Positions 28,673 through 39,689 are shown, counted from the stretch's first letter. The stretch: DNA of 64,000 nt from Candidatus Eiseniibacteriota bacterium (GCA_038231135.1 JBBRLX010000008.1:73614-137613); one strand, 5' to 3'. Notes: generated by a model not told the origin, from the letters alone. Translations and numbers: made by a program.

Positions 28673-28871
28673 GATTCCTCCAGTGAAGAGGTGTGGGGTG
28701 ATGCGCAACGCGGATCCAGCAATCGGATCCTTCGGATCCGTTTCCGACGCGCGACTCGCAGGGACGTGTCGGGAGCGAGGGGGCCTGCATTCCTCGCACT
28801 CAACACGTCGCGAACATATCTGCCTGTCGCCTTCGGGAATCTAGGCGTCGGCGCAGCGCGCCCCGGCCTTC

Positions 28872-28910
28872 GATGTAAACGATTACACAACCGTGTTGTG
28901 GGAGCGTCAA
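28872..28910 (-). promoter_or_regulatory. Sigma70-like promoter overlapped by second LacI operator
   Basis: Minus strand TTGACG-17 nt-TGTAAT; the -10 lies inside the operator GATGTAAACGATTACAC (28872-28888). Confidence 0.7.
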
Positions 28911-29159
28911 GACAAACGTGCTGCGGACACACAAGAATCGGAGGAACGTCGGCGGGTCCGTGAGATGCGGGCAGGCTGAACGACAGTTCGAGTGAACATT
29001 GTTCGACAGCGGAGCAATGTAGCGGCGTTCGCACCCTGCGGTACTCGGAACGCTGTCGTCACGGACGCATGGGCCGGGCGACCCAGCCTCTTTAACACGT
29101 TCGCCGTGACGCGGCGGCGATTCATGGTCTCGCCGTGACGCGGTAGCGATCGGCGACGC

Positions 29160-31340
29160 TCAGGCTTCGATGCCGCTCGGTTCCATCGTGCCGGCCGGGA
29201 CCTTCTCGCCGGCGCCCACGACCCGCGACACATCCCAGCCGCGCAGGAACAGCGCGCGCACCTCGCTCAGCAGCTTCAGCCGGTTCGCGCGCACCGCCGC
29301 ATCCTCGGCGTTGACGAGGACCTGATCGAAGAACGCGTGGATCGCGGGGCCCATGCCGAGCAGCACCGGCAGGATCTCGGCATACGCGCGGCGCTCCCAC
29401 AGCGGATCGGTCGCGACGCGCGCACGGTCGAGGCTCGCGGTCAACTCGTGCTCCGCGGGCTCGCGCAACGCGTCGCGGTCCAGCGCCGGCGGCAGCGGCT
29501 CGGTGACGGCCTTGAGGATGTTCCCCACGCGCTTGAACAGGATCGCGAACGGCTCGAATCGCGCGTCGGCGCGGAACGCCGCCAGCACTTCGGCACGCTC
29601 CCAGGCATCGGCGGGATCGATCCAGCCCGGCCGGGTGCGCGCACCGTCGCCCACCGCCGGCCGGGCCTCGAGCGCCGCGTCGCGCAGGTCGTAGCTCACG
29701 CCGCGCTCGTCCAGCGCCGTCTCGATGCGGCCGCGCCAGAATTCGCCCAGCTTCTTCATGATCTCGGCGTGCGGCAGGTCGTGATCGGCGGCGAACAGGC
29801 TGCGCGTGCTCTCCATGGACGCGGCCTGCATGTCGAGGTGCAGCCGCGGTTCGAGCAGCATGCGGATGACCCCGTTGCCGGCGCGCCGGACGCCGTAGGG
29901 ATCCTCGCTGCCGCGCGGCACCTTGCCCGCGACGAACGCGCCCGCGACGTGGTCGAGCTTGTCGGCGATCGACAGCAGCGTGCCCGCCGGCGTCGACGGC
30001 AGCGCGTCGCCCGCCCCCGCCGGCCGGTAATGCTCGGCAATCGCGCGGCACACTGGCTCGGGCTCGCCCGCCTGGCGCGCGTAGTAGCTGCCGATCACGC
30101 CCTGCAGCGCCGCGTATTCCTTGCCGGAACCAATCATCTCGGACGTGAGGTCGGTCTTGCACAGCAGCGCCGCGCGCTCGATGGGCGCGGCGTCACCGGG
30201 CGCCAGCCGCGCCGCAAGCCACACTCCCAGCGACTGCAGGCGCTCCGCCTTGTCGCGCAGCGAGCCGAGCCCCTCCATCCACACGACGCCCGCCAGCGAC
30301 TCGACCTGCTGGTCGAGCGTGCGCTTGAGATCGGTGCGCCAGTAGAACTCGGCATCCTCGAGGCGCGCCGCGAGCACCGCCTCGTTGCCGCGCCGCACCA
30401 CGTCGAGACCGCGGTCGTCGCCGTCACGGATCGCGAGGAACCGCGGCAGCAGCCCCGCGGCGCCGTCGCGCCGCGCCACGGCGAAGAACCGTTGATGCTC
30501 GCGCAGCGCGGATACGATCACCTCGTTCGGCAGCTCCACGAACCGGGCGTCGAACGCGCCCTCGAATACCGTCGGCCACTCGGCGAGGAATGTGTTGATG
30601 TCGACGAGCTCGGGATCGCGCACCACCTCGCCCCCCGCACCCGCCGTGAGTCCCGCGAGCTGGCCCTCGATGCGTTCACGGCGCCGCACGGGGTCCGCGA
30701 GCACGAATGCCCGTTCCAGGTCCGCGGCGTAGTCGCGCGCGTGGCCGATCGACACCCGGCTCCGCGCCAGGAACCGGTGGCCGAACGACTCGCGGCCGGC
30801 CTCGATGCCGAACGCGCGCACCGGCAGCACGTCCTGGTCGAGCAGCGCCACCAGCCACCGCACCGGCCGGGCGAATCGCGTGTCGTCCTCCAGCCAGCGC
30901 ATCGACTTCGGGAACTGGAGCTTGGTCGCGAGCGTGGCGAGGAACGCGGGCAGCACCTCGGCCGCGGCGCGGCCGGCGTGGTGCACGCTCACGCCCACGT
31001 ACTCGCCCTTGGGCGTCGTCACCTTGCGGACCGCCGACGGCTCGACGCCGCGCCCCTGGCAGAACCCGAGCAGCGCCCGCGTCGGCTGCCCCGCGGCATC
31101 GAACGCCGCCTTCCAGTTGGGCCCGGTGACCTCCTCGTCGCGATCCGGCTGGCGCTCCGCGAGCCCGGTCACGGCGAGCGCGAGCCGCCGCGCGGCGCCG
31201 TAGGTGCGCAGCGACTCGAACTCGAGGCGCAGCTCCGCGAGGCCCGTGCGCGCGCCGCGTTCGAGCTGCTCGAGCGCCGGGGCGACATAGGTGGGCGGAA
31301 TCTCCTCCGCGCCGATCTCGAACACCAGCTCGCGGCTCAT
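29160..31340 (-). CDS. glyS: Glycine--tRNA ligase beta subunit
   Basis: [71 protein letters not shown] anticodon domain. Confidence 0.97.
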   Translation of the reverse strand: MSRELVFEIGAEEIPPTYVAPALEQLERGARTGLAELRLEFESLRTYGAARRLALAVTGLAERQPDRDEEVTGPNWKAAFDAAGQPTRALLGFCQGRGVEPSAVRKVTTPKGEYVGVSVHHAGRAAAEVLPAFLATLATKLQFPKSMRWLEDDTRFARPVRWLVALLDQDVLPVRAFGIEAGRESFGHRFLARSRVSIGHARDYAADLERAFVLADPVRRRERIEGQLAGLTAGAGGEVVRDPELVDINTFLAEWPTVFEGAFDARFVELPNEVIVSALREHQRFFAVARRDGAAGLLPRFLAIRDGDDRGLDVVRRGNEAVLAARLEDAEFYWRTDLKRTLDQQVESLAGVVWMEGLGSLRDKAERLQSLGVWLAARLAPGDAAPIERAALLCKTDLTSEMIGSGKEYAALQGVIGSYYARQAGEPEPVCRAIAEHYRPAGAGDALPSTPAGTLLSIADKLDHVAGAFVAGKVPRGSEDPYGVRRAGNGVIRMLLEPRLHLDMQAASMESTRSLFAADHDLPHAEIMKKLGEFWRGRIETALDERGVSYDLRDAALEARPAVGDGARTRPGWIDPADAWERAEVLAAFRADARFEPFAILFKRVGNILKAVTEPLPPALDRDALREPAEHELTASLDRARVATDPLWERRAYAEILPVLLGMGPAIHAFFDQVLVNAEDAAVRANRLKLLSEVRALFLRGWDVSRVVGAGEKVPAGTMEPSGIEA

Positions 31341-32368
31341 GTCCGTGCTCCCGCGGTCGCCGTCGATGCGGAGGCGGCACCCGCCGCCGCGGCCTCGGCG
31401 GCCGCGTCGGCGGCGAGCCGGCGGCTGCGCTGCGTCTCGTCCTTGAGCAACGGATAGCCGAGCGCCCGGCGCTGGCGCACGAACGCATCGGCGGCCCTGC
31501 GCGCGAGCTTGCGCACGCGGGCGATGTAGCCGACGCGCTCGCTCACCGAGATCGCGCCGCGCGCGTCGAGCACGTTGAACAGGTGGGAGGTCTTGATCAC
31601 CGCGTCGTAGCCCGGGTTCACGAGCGGCGGATCCATGCCGAGGAAACGGCTCGCCTCCTGCTCCCAGAATCGGAACATCTCGAAGTGCCCGGCGACGTCG
31701 GCCTCCTCGAAGTTGTAGCGCGAGAACTCGCGCTCGTTCTGCAGCCACAGATCGGCCCAGGTGATCGGCGGCGCCGATTGCGCGGGATCGGTCGCGTGCT
31801 CGCCGCAGCACCACACCAGGTCGTGCACGCGCTCCTTGGACTGAAGCATCATGCCGATGCGATCGAGCCCGTAGGTCATCTCGGCCGACACCACGTCCAC
31901 CTCGATGCCGCCCGCCTGCTGGAAATAGGTGAACTGGGAGATCTCGGTGCCGTCCATCCACACCTGCCAGCCGAGCCCGGCGGCACCCAGCGTGGGCGAC
32001 TCCCAGTCGTCCTCGACCAGCCGCACGTCGTGCTCGCCGAGATCGAACCCGATCGCGCGCAGCGAATCGAGGTACTGGTCCACGACGTCGGGCGGCGACG
32101 GCTTGAGCAGCACCTGGTACTGGTAGAACTGCTGGAACCGCTGCGGGTTCTCGCCATAACGTCCGTCCTTGGGACGCCGCGACGGCTCGACGTATGCCAC
32201 GCGCCACGGCTCGGGCCCCAGCGACCTCAGGAATGTCGCCGGATTGAACGTGCCCGCGCCGACTTCGGACGGATACGGCTGCTGGATCACACACCCGCGC
32301 TCGGACCAGTAGGTCTCGAGCACGAGCATCATCTCCTGCAGCGATCGGCGGGGGTTCAGACCGGACAC
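31337..32368 (-). CDS. glyQ: Glycine--tRNA ligase alpha subunit
   Basis: [68 protein letters not shown]. Confidence 0.98.
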   Translation of the reverse strand: MSGLNPRRSLQEMMLVLETYWSERGCVIQQPYPSEVGAGTFNPATFLRSLGPEPWRVAYVEPSRRPKDGRYGENPQRFQQFYQYQVLLKPSPPDVVDQYLDSLRAIGFDLGEHDVRLVEDDWESPTLGAAGLGWQVWMDGTEISQFTYFQQAGGIEVDVVSAEMTYGLDRIGMMLQSKERVHDLVWCCGEHATDPAQSAPPITWADLWLQNEREFSRYNFEEADVAGHFEMFRFWEQEASRFLGMDPPLVNPGYDAVIKTSHLFNVLDARGAISVSERVGYIARVRKLARRAADAFVRQRRALGYPLLKDETQRSRRLAADAAAEAAAAGAASASTATAGART

Positions 32369-33147
32369 GGCGGTTTCTCCTTGGCCGGCAGCGCCGGCAG
32401 CGAACGCAGCATCTCGAGCGAGCGCAAACCCTGGAAGCGTTGGAAGTGGTGGCGGAAGAACGCCTCGACCACCCGCTGGATCTCGCCCGCGCGCTGGATC
32501 TCGAGATACGTCCCGGCATCGGCCACGGGCCGCGACAGCAGCAGCGCGAGCCCCGCCAGGGCATCGGCCGACAGTGTGATCGCGCCCGCCTCGCTCGCGG
32601 CGCAACGGTCGCACACCAGTCCGCCGCGCGCCGGCGAGAACAGGCGGCGCGCCGAGATGTCCCGACCGCAGCCCGCGCAGGCATCGAGGCGCGGACGATA
32701 CCCCAGAAGGCTCGCGACCTGAAGCTCGAACGCCAGCGTGACGGCGGGCAGCGCCGCGACCGGCGCCCGGCTGGCGGCATCGACGGTGGCGACCAGCAGA
32801 TCGAACAGTTCGGGGTGCGGATCCGGCCCCCACACCACGCGGTCGATCAACTCGAGCGCCGCCTGGGCGTGCGCGAGTCGCGTGAGGTCCGCGAGCCGGC
32901 TGCCGATCGGATCGAGCATGTCGGCCTGCGACACCAGGTGCAGATCACGGTCGGTCTTGAAGTAGTAGGTGTAGTGTGCGCGCGACAGCGGCTCGAGCGC
33001 GAATCCGAACCGGCTCGGCGACTTGCGCGCGCCCTTCGCGACCAGCCGCACCAGCCCGCGGTCGCGCGTGAACACCACGACGATGCGGCTGGTATCGCCG
33101 AGCGCGTGGGTCTTGATCACGATGCCTTCGCTGCGGGTGAGCGCCAT
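32356..33147 (-). CDS. recO: DNA repair protein RecO
   Basis: [32 protein letters not shown]; zinc finger CAGC..CDRC. Confidence 0.95.
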   Translation of the reverse strand: MALTRSEGIVIKTHALGDTSRIVVVFTRDRGLVRLVAKGARKSPSRFGFALEPLSRAHYTYYFKTDRDLHLVSQADMLDPIGSRLADLTRLAHAQAALELIDRVVWGPDPHPELFDLLVATVDAASRAPVAALPAVTLAFELQVASLLGYRPRLDACAGCGRDISARRLFSPARGGLVCDRCAASEAGAITLSADALAGLALLLSRPVADAGTYLEIQRAGEIQRVVEAFFRHHFQRFQGLRSLEMLRSLPALPAKEKPPCPV

Positions 33148-33182
33148 GGAGGCCGCGAGTGTACCGCAGCGCGCCGGGCCCG

Positions 33183-33794
33183 TCAGACCGAAGCGGGCAC
33201 CGGGGTCTCCCGCGGCTGCACGACGCCGCCCGACACGATGACCTTGAGCCCCTCCTCGACCGGCCAGTCGAGGTAGATCACGTCCGCCTTGGGGATGTAG
33301 TGGACGAATCCCGACGCCGGGTTCGGCGTATGCGGCACGAACACCACCTCCATCTCGGTGCCGAACCGCGCGCGCAACTCGGCTCCCGCGCGCCCGGTGA
33401 CGAACCCGAGCCGCCACATGCCGGTGTGGGGCCACGGCACCAGCACCACGCGCTTGAACGCCTGCTCCTTCTGGCTGAGCAGCGCCTCGCCGAGCGACTT
33501 GGTGGAGCCGTAGACGATGCCGATCCCCGGAATGCGCGTGAGCAGCCGGTCCCACAGCCGCGCGAGCGGGCCCGCGCCGAGCCAGGTGGCGAACGAGCCC
33601 ACGATCACGAGCAGCAGCAGCGTGGCGAGCAGCCCGAGGCCGGGGATGCGGTGGTAGTCGACGAACGAGAACCGCAGGTAGCGGCCGAGCAGGTTGTCCA
33701 TCCAGTTCAGCAGCCGGTACAGGATCCAGATGGTGATCACGGACGGGGCCAGCACCAGCAGGCCCGCGAGCAGCCGGGCGCGAATCCAGTTCAT
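33183..33794 (-). CDS. DUF502 membrane protein
   Basis: LAGLLVLAP, RIPGIGIVYGSTK, FKRVVLVPWP, VFVPHTPNPASGF, LKVIVSGG. Confidence 0.9.
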   Translation of the reverse strand: MNWIRARLLAGLLVLAPSVITIWILYRLLNWMDNLLGRYLRFSFVDYHRIPGLGLLATLLLLVIVGSFATWLGAGPLARLWDRLLTRIPGIGIVYGSTKSLGEALLSQKEQAFKRVVLVPWPHTGMWRLGFVTGRAGAELRARFGTEMEVVFVPHTPNPASGFVHYIPKADVIYLDWPVEEGLKVIVSGGVVQPRETPVPASV

Positions 33795-34015
33795 CGTGAC
33801 TCACCGCCTGGGGTCGTGCGATCGCGCATCATGCCGTCACCTCCACCGTGGGAACGAGGATGGACGCGGCGGACTGTAGCGCGAAGGGTGGCGAGCGTCA
33901 CGCGGCGGGCACGGCGTGCGGCGCGTGCACCCGCGACGCGCGGAGCGTTGCGTGGGGCGCGGGGGTGCCCGCACGGCGCGCGAATCGATGCGCGCCGCGC
34001 GCCGCACCCGTGGAG

Positions 34016-36721
34016 TTACTCGATGCGCACCACGCGCCGCACCGTGGCGCCGGTCGCGGTCTCGAGCCTCGCGAAATAGATCGACGGCGGCACCCGGCGC
34101 CCGGACGCGTCGCGGCCGTCCCACACCAGCAGATGCGACCCCGGCGCGAGCCCGGCGAGGTCCCGCTGCCACACGCGGCGGCCGGCCGCGGAGAAGATCG
34201 CGAGCGATCGCGCCGAGGCGCCGGGCGCCACGCGAACCTCGAACACCTGCGCCTCGCGGGCCGGGTTGGGCCGGACCATTGCGAGGATGCTGCCGCGCAC
34301 CGGCTCCGGAACGCCCGGCACATCGGTGGTCGTGGCGCAGTGCACGACCTCGACCGCGTCGATGTCGGCGCCGGCCATGCCCGGCGCCGCGGCCTCCGCC
34401 GGAGCGAGATCGCTGATGCGGAGGTAGCGGGCCGTCGCCAGACCCGCGGCCGCCAGATCGAAGCCATGCGCTCCGCCGGCGGCATCACCCACGAGCGTAT
34501 ACACGGCCCCGTCGGGGCTGCCCTCGACGCGATAGTTCTCGTCGACGTCACCCACCAGCCGGCCGTTCTCCAGCACGTAGAAGTCGATGCCCGCGCCATC
34601 CGCGACCGGATGATCGAGCCGCAACGTGACGCTGCCGCCAGTGCCCAGCGTGAGCGGGTAGTAGTCGGCCGCGCCGAGCGCGTCGTCGGGGTAGGGCCAC
34701 GAGGTGCCCGTGCCCTGCGTGAACGCTGCGACCTGCACCGCGGTCGCGCAGTTCACTTCGGGTGCACCGAATTCGAGGAAGAAGTCGCCGCCCACCCGCG
34801 TCTCGAACGTGAAGCCGTCCGTGGTGACGCCGCCCGTGATGAACATCCGGTCGCGGCGCAGATCGTAGATCGCGGTGCAGCCCTGCCGCCCCTGCGGAAT
34901 CGGACCCGACGGCGCCAATTGATTCCAGCCCGACGAGTCGGCGAGCCCGAACGCCCACACCTGCAGCCCGGCGAGGGTCCCAACCGGGTCGTCGTTGACC
35001 GCCAGCACGCGATCACGCGTGGGATCCAGGGCGATCGACAGACCCGGAGCGGGCGAATTCGAGAGGTGGGTCCATGCGGGGGTATCGCCGAGCGTCATCG
35101 CCCATTCGCCGCCGGCGCCCACGACCACCATGCGATCACGAGCGGCATCGTAGACCGCGTTGCACCCGCCGCCGGGCGGCGGCGTGCCGGTCGGCGACAG
35201 CAGCGTCCAGGTGGCGTCGCCGAGCGAGAATCCCCACGTATCCGCGGCGATCCCCGTGTGGGTGATCCCGCCGGTCACGACGAGACGGTCGCGGATCGGA
35301 TCGTAGATCACTCCCGCGCGATAGCGCCCGACCGGTGCTCCGCCGACCGGATCGATCCGCTGCCACGCGAACGGGCCACCGATCGGGAACGACCACACAT
35401 CGTTGAATACGACGTTCGGGTCATCCAGGTAATGCCCACCGAACACGAGCATGCGATCGCGCGGGGCATCGAGCACCATCCGCTGGTCCTTGCGGATTCC
35501 CGGCGGGTGGCCGGCGAACGTCACGTAGTTCCAGGCAGCAACGCCCGACATGTCGAAGTCCCAGACGTGCAGGTTCTGATCGGCGCGGTCCCACATCAGC
35601 ATCAGGCCGCGCACCGGATCGTAGCAGCCCGCGCCGCCGTACATGGGCGACGACGTGTAGCCCGGACGGGGGATGGGGAATGGAATCCACCGCAAGGGCT
35701 GGGACAGGGGCAGCAACCACGTCGTCGTGCCGTCTCCGCCGCCGTATCCGATCGCGGTGTCGGATTGGGGGTCGTAGACCATCGAGGTCGTCAGCACCCC
35801 ACCGCCGACCGGAATCGTGCTCCACGTGTCCGAAGCGAGATCGAACGCGCGCGTCTGCTCTTCGATCGACATCATTCGATCGCGGGTCGAATCCAGCGCC
35901 ACCGGAGTGGTGGTCGCGACGTTGGTGCCCGCGGAGTCGAGCATCGTCCACGATGAACTGGCGAAGTCGAGTGCCCAGGTTTCGATGGAGACACCCGCGC
36001 CTTTGATGCCGCCGTATACGACCATCCGGTCGCGCGCCGCGTCGTAAACGGCCCCCTGACCGGACCCGGCAGGCGGCGACCCTCCCACTGGAAGGATCTT
36101 CGACCACGTGGGAGGTCCGGAGAAGTTCAGCGACCAGACCTCGGCGCTCAGCGTTCCCGCACGGCCTCCAAACACCACCATGCGATCCCGGGCGGAGTCG
36201 TAGATGGCACAGTGACCCGAACGCTTCGACGGCAGCGTGCCCGCCGGCGTGATCTCGCTCCATGCCGGAGTGCCCGCGAGGGACAGCGCCCAGACGTCGT
36301 TGAAGGATCCGGCCGCGCCGATGCCACCGAAGATCACGACCCGATCCCGCGACGCATCGTAGATCGCACTGTGCTTGTTGCGCGCGGCAGGAGGAGTTCC
36401 GCCCGGCGCGATCTGCTGCCATGAGGGGTGATGCGCGGGCGTCAGCGCCCACACGTCCGCGTAGAACGTCATCCCGTTGCTGCCGCCCTGGACCAGCATG
36501 AAATCGTGACCGGGGCACCACACCGCCCCTTCAAAGCTTCGCGCCGGCGGAAGGATCGGCAGCGGAACGGTCGGTGGAGTACTGGAGACTCTCCAGACGC
36601 CGTTCGCATCCTGAATCATCGGCGCGGGGTTGCCGGCGTTCGCCACGCGGGTGACAGCACCGAGCGAACCACAAACGAGGACAAGCGACAGCCATGCTGC
36701 GATCGCGGGGCGTGCGATCAT
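34016..36721 (-). CDS. Secreted kelch-repeat beta-propeller protein with surface beta-sandwich and C-terminal FlgD-Ig/T9SS-like domain
   Basis: Signal peptide; repeated AIYDxxRDRMVVFGG..NDVW units; LGTGGSVTL..DGAGIDF..GADIDAV domain; PNPA..IFSAAGRRV..WDGRD..IYFARL. Confidence 0.85.
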   Translation of the reverse strand: MIARPAIAAWLSLVLVCGSLGAVTRVANAGNPAPMIQDANGVWRVSSTPPTVPLPILPPARSFEGAVWCPGHDFMLVQGGSNGMTFYADVWALTPAHHPSWQQIAPGGTPPAARNKHSAIYDASRDRVVIFGGIGAAGSFNDVWALSLAGTPAWSEITPAGTLPSKRSGHCAIYDSARDRMVVFGGRAGTLSAEVWSLNFSGPPTWSKILPVGGSPPAGSGQGAVYDAARDRMVVYGGIKGAGVSIETWALDFASSSWTMLDSAGTNVATTTPVALDSTRDRMMSIEEQTRAFDLASDTWSTIPVGGGVLTTSMVYDPQSDTAIGYGGGDGTTTWLLPLSQPLRWIPFPIPRPGYTSSPMYGGAGCYDPVRGLMLMWDRADQNLHVWDFDMSGVAAWNYVTFAGHPPGIRKDQRMVLDAPRDRMLVFGGHYLDDPNVVFNDVWSFPIGGPFAWQRIDPVGGAPVGRYRAGVIYDPIRDRLVVTGGITHTGIAADTWGFSLGDATWTLLSPTGTPPPGGGCNAVYDAARDRMVVVGAGGEWAMTLGDTPAWTHLSNSPAPGLSIALDPTRDRVLAVNDDPVGTLAGLQVWAFGLADSSGWNQLAPSGPIPQGRQGCTAIYDLRRDRMFITGGVTTDGFTFETRVGGDFFLEFGAPEVNCATAVQVAAFTQGTGTSWPYPDDALGAADYYPLTLGTGGSVTLRLDHPVADGAGIDFYVLENGRLVGDVDENYRVEGSPDGAVYTLVGDAAGGAHGFDLAAAGLATARYLRISDLAPAEAAAPGMAGADIDAVEVVHCATTTDVPGVPEPVRGSILAMVRPNPAREAQVFEVRVAPGASARSLAIFSAAGRRVWQRDLAGLAPGSHLLVWDGRDASGRRVPPSIYFARLETATGATVRRVVRIE

Positions 36722-36795
36722 GGGACGGCCTTTCAGGGGAAGGTATCCGGAGATTTTACACCTGTTTGCGAACCGGCGCAGCGAAATTTTGGTAG

Positions 36796-37350
36796 TCACG
36801 GCGAGCCAGGATCGATGGCTCGCACCGCCGCGCCGCACGCCCGCAGCACCGCGTCCTCCCGCGCCCGCATGTCCCGGCGCTGGGCGGCGCGCTGGTGGTC
36901 CCGGCCGGCAAGGTGCAGCACGCCGTGGATCACGAGCCGCGCCAGCTCCGCGCCCTCGGTGACGCCAAAGCGCCTGGCCTGTTCACGCACCCGGTCAAGG
37001 GAGATCACCAGGTCGCCGTTCACCGCGGCGGGGGCCGGCGCTGTCACGCTCGCGCGTCGCGTCCGCGCTCCGATACCGCGACGCCGGGCGCCTGTATCCG
37101 CGTCCAGCGCGCGTCCCGTATACCGCGGGCGTACCGTCTCTCCCGGGCCCTGCTCGTCGTAGGCGAAGCTGATCACGTCGGTCGCGCGGTCGATGCCGCG
37201 CCATTCGCGATTGAGCACCCGCAGCGCCGCGTCGTCGGTGAGCACGATCGAGATCTCGCCGGGCGTCGAGCCCTCGGCCGCGAGCGTGGCGCGAACGATG
37301 GAACGCAACGGGCCCGAGAGCCGGCCCAAGCCGCGGGCACCCGATACCAC
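36796..37350 (-). CDS. ybeY: rRNA maturation RNase YbeY
   Basis: LNREWRGIDRATDVISF, GDLVIS, HGVLHLAGRDH metal motif; start uncertain. Confidence 0.9.
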   Translation of the reverse strand: MVSGARGLGRLSGPLRSIVRATLAAEGSTPGEISIVLTDDAALRVLNREWRGIDRATDVISFAYDEQGPGETVRPRYTGRALDADTGARRRGIGARTRRASVTAPAPAAVNGDLVISLDRVREQARRFGVTEGAELARLVIHGVLHLAGRDHQRAAQRRDMRAREDAVLRACGAAVRAIDPGSP

Positions 37351-37375
37351 GACGGGCGTCAGGACGCCGCCCGCG

Positions 37376-39595
37376 TCATCCGTCCCGCCGCGCCTCGGCT
37401 TCGGTGCGCCCCTTCCGCGGATCGACGGGATACGGTGCGCGCACGTGGAAGATCGCCGTGAGCACGGGGATGAACGCCTCGCGGATGCGCGCCAGATCCT
37501 GCATGGTTAGGCCGCACTCGTCGAGCTGCCCGTCGGACACGCGCTCCGAGATGATGCGCGTGACGAGGCCGCGGATGCGGCTCGGCGTCGGCTCCTGCAG
37601 CGCGCGCGACGCGCCCTCGACGCCGTCCGCCAGCATCAGGATCGCCGTCTCGCGCGACCGCGGCCTGGGGCCGGGATAGCTGTAGTCCTCGCGCCGGGTC
37701 ATCGGGTCCTGCTCCAGCGCCTTGTGATAGAAGAACGCCATCACCATCGTGCCGTGATGCTCGGGGATCGCGCACTGCACGGCCTTCGGCAGCCGCATCT
37801 TCTTCGCCAGCTCGAGGCCCTCGGTGATGTGCGACTTCACGACCAGCGTGCTCATGCTCGGCGTGAGCTTGTCGTGGCGGCTGCGCGTCGAAGCCGGCTC
37901 GTTCTCGGCGTAGTACTCGGGCTTCGACAGCTTGCCCATGTCGTGGTAGTAGGCCGACACCCGCGCCAGCAGCGAGTTCGCGGCGATCGCCTCGGCGCCG
38001 GATTCGGCGAGGCTGCCGACGACCATGCTGTGATGGTAGGTGCCGGGCGCCTCGAGTTGCAGGCGCTTGAGGATCGGCCGGTTGAGGTCCGACAACTCGA
38101 GCAGCGTGATGTCCGAGGTGAGGCCGAACGCGTGCTCCACCCACGGCAGCACGAGGAACGCGAGCGTCACGGCCGCGAACGCGCCGGCGCCGCCCCACAT
38201 CACATCCTTGGCGACCGACGTGAACGAATCCGAGCGCGCCAGGTCCCACGCCAGGATCGCCGCGGTGTTCGCGAGCGCGATCGTGAAGAACGCGCGGCCG
38301 AAGTGCCACCGATGGCGCAGGCGCGTCACCGAGTACACCGCAGTCACGCAGCCCATCACCGCCACCGGCACGAACAGCGCCGGCAGCTCGCCCACGGCCG
38401 TCACGAGCACCACCAGCACCAGCGCGTAGACCAGCGCCGGGCGCTTGTCGAGCAGCGACGCCACCACCAGCGGCGCGAGCGCGATCGGCACGGTGTAGGG
38501 ATTGAGGCCGAAGATCTCGACCTGCGTCACGGCAGCGCCGAGCACCAGCGCGGTCAACAGCGCGAACATCGCGAGCATCGAGTTGTCGCGGAACACGACC
38601 GGCAGCTCGACGCGCAGGTACACCATGAACACCGCGATGAACAGCAGCATCAGCAGCATGCGCGCGACGGGCGGATAGATGTATTCGGTGTTGCCGCGGC
38701 GCGCGAGCTCGAGATTGCGCAGCGACCGCAGCCGCAGCAGCTGGTCGTGGGTCACGCGCTGGTTGGCGTCCACGATCATCTCGTCCTTCTGCACGAACCC
38801 GATCGTCGACGGCACCACGCCCTGGGCCTGGATGCGCCGCCATTCGGTCTCGGCGCGGTCGTACACCACGTTGGGCTGCACGAACGCCGCCGCGATCGCG
38901 GCGGTGAGCCGCACGGCCGCGGGATCGCCCGCGAACGCCGCACGCGCGCGGCGGTCGACGAGATCGAGCGCGGCGCGCCGGTCGTACACCAGCGACGCGG
39001 CGCGCGGCGACTCGGTGCCGCCGTCGCGCAGCGTGATCACCGAATAGCCCTGCACCAGGTCGTTGTGCTTCTCGCCCACCACCCCGGCGTCGTAGATCTC
39101 GTGGAACCACGCGCCGAGTTCGCTCAGCACGCGGCGGGCGCGTTGTGGCCCCGCGAGCGCCGTGGCGCCCTCGGCATCGAGCGGCACGCCCAGTCCGCGC
39201 AGCTGGGTGACGCGCTCGGCCGGGTCCATGCCGGTGTTCAGCACGACCGCCAGCACCTGCTCCTGGAACTTCGCGAACCGGCCGAGCATGTCCGATGGCA
39301 CGCGTGAATCGACCGCGAACACCGGCGCGACCGCGGCGCCGGCCAGCTCCTGCTCGTGGCGCAGCCGCGCCTCGTCCTTCTCCACGCGGAAGTCGTAGGG
39401 CGCGACCACGCGCTCACGCGCGATCTCGCCCTCGCGGAACCGGTACTTGTCGGGAATGCCGCGGCCGGTCGGCAGCACCGCCGCCACGCCGAGCAGCAAC
39501 AGCAGCAGCAGCGCACGCACGGCGTAGTAGCCCCAGCGCACCGGGCGGGCGCGGTCGGGCAGGGCCGGCAGTTGTATGGACTCGGGATCGGTCAT
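37376..39595 (-). CDS. 7TM-HD (HDIG) phosphohydrolase, PgpH-like
   Basis: Extracellular domain, 7 TM, LLELSDLNRP, APGTYHHS, YYHDMGK, EHHGT, YPGPRP..ILMLADGVE. Confidence 0.92.
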   Translation of the reverse strand: MTDPESIQLPALPDRARPVRWGYYAVRALLLLLLLGVAAVLPTGRGIPDKYRFREGEIARERVVAPYDFRVEKDEARLRHEQELAGAAVAPVFAVDSRVPSDMLGRFAKFQEQVLAVVLNTGMDPAERVTQLRGLGVPLDAEGATALAGPQRARRVLSELGAWFHEIYDAGVVGEKHNDLVQGYSVITLRDGGTESPRAASLVYDRRAALDLVDRRARAAFAGDPAAVRLTAAIAAAFVQPNVVYDRAETEWRRIQAQGVVPSTIGFVQKDEMIVDANQRVTHDQLLRLRSLRNLELARRGNTEYIYPPVARMLLMLLFIAVFMVYLRVELPVVFRDNSMLAMFALLTALVLGAAVTQVEIFGLNPYTVPIALAPLVVASLLDKRPALVYALVLVVLVTAVGELPALFVPVAVMGCVTAVYSVTRLRHRWHFGRAFFTIALANTAAILAWDLARSDSFTSVAKDVMWGGAGAFAAVTLAFLVLPWVEHAFGLTSDITLLELSDLNRPILKRLQLEAPGTYHHSMVVGSLAESGAEAIAANSLLARVSAYYHDMGKLSKPEYYAENEPASTRSRHDKLTPSMSTLVVKSHITEGLELAKKMRLPKAVQCAIPEHHGTMVMAFFYHKALEQDPMTRREDYSYPGPRPRSRETAILMLADGVEGASRALQEPTPSRIRGLVTRIISERVSDGQLDECGLTMQDLARIREAFIPVLTAIFHVRAPYPVDPRKGRTEAEARRDG

Positions 39596-39689
39596 CGCAC
39601 GCGAATCCTAACCGAAATCACGGGTGATTGCGGACGCCCGGGCGGCCCGTCGCGGCGCCGGCGGGCCGCCGCACGACGCCCCGCCGGCA

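Noticed and set aside
29160..32780. Fused or extended glyS (1206 aa)
   Set aside because: Extension overlaps glyQ and recO in other frames; glyS begins at [10 protein letters not shown] (31340)
39641..39670. GC hairpin between phoH and HDIG gene (also 14100-14128) as terminator
   Set aside because: No U-tract; intra-operon hairpins are common in GC-rich DNA
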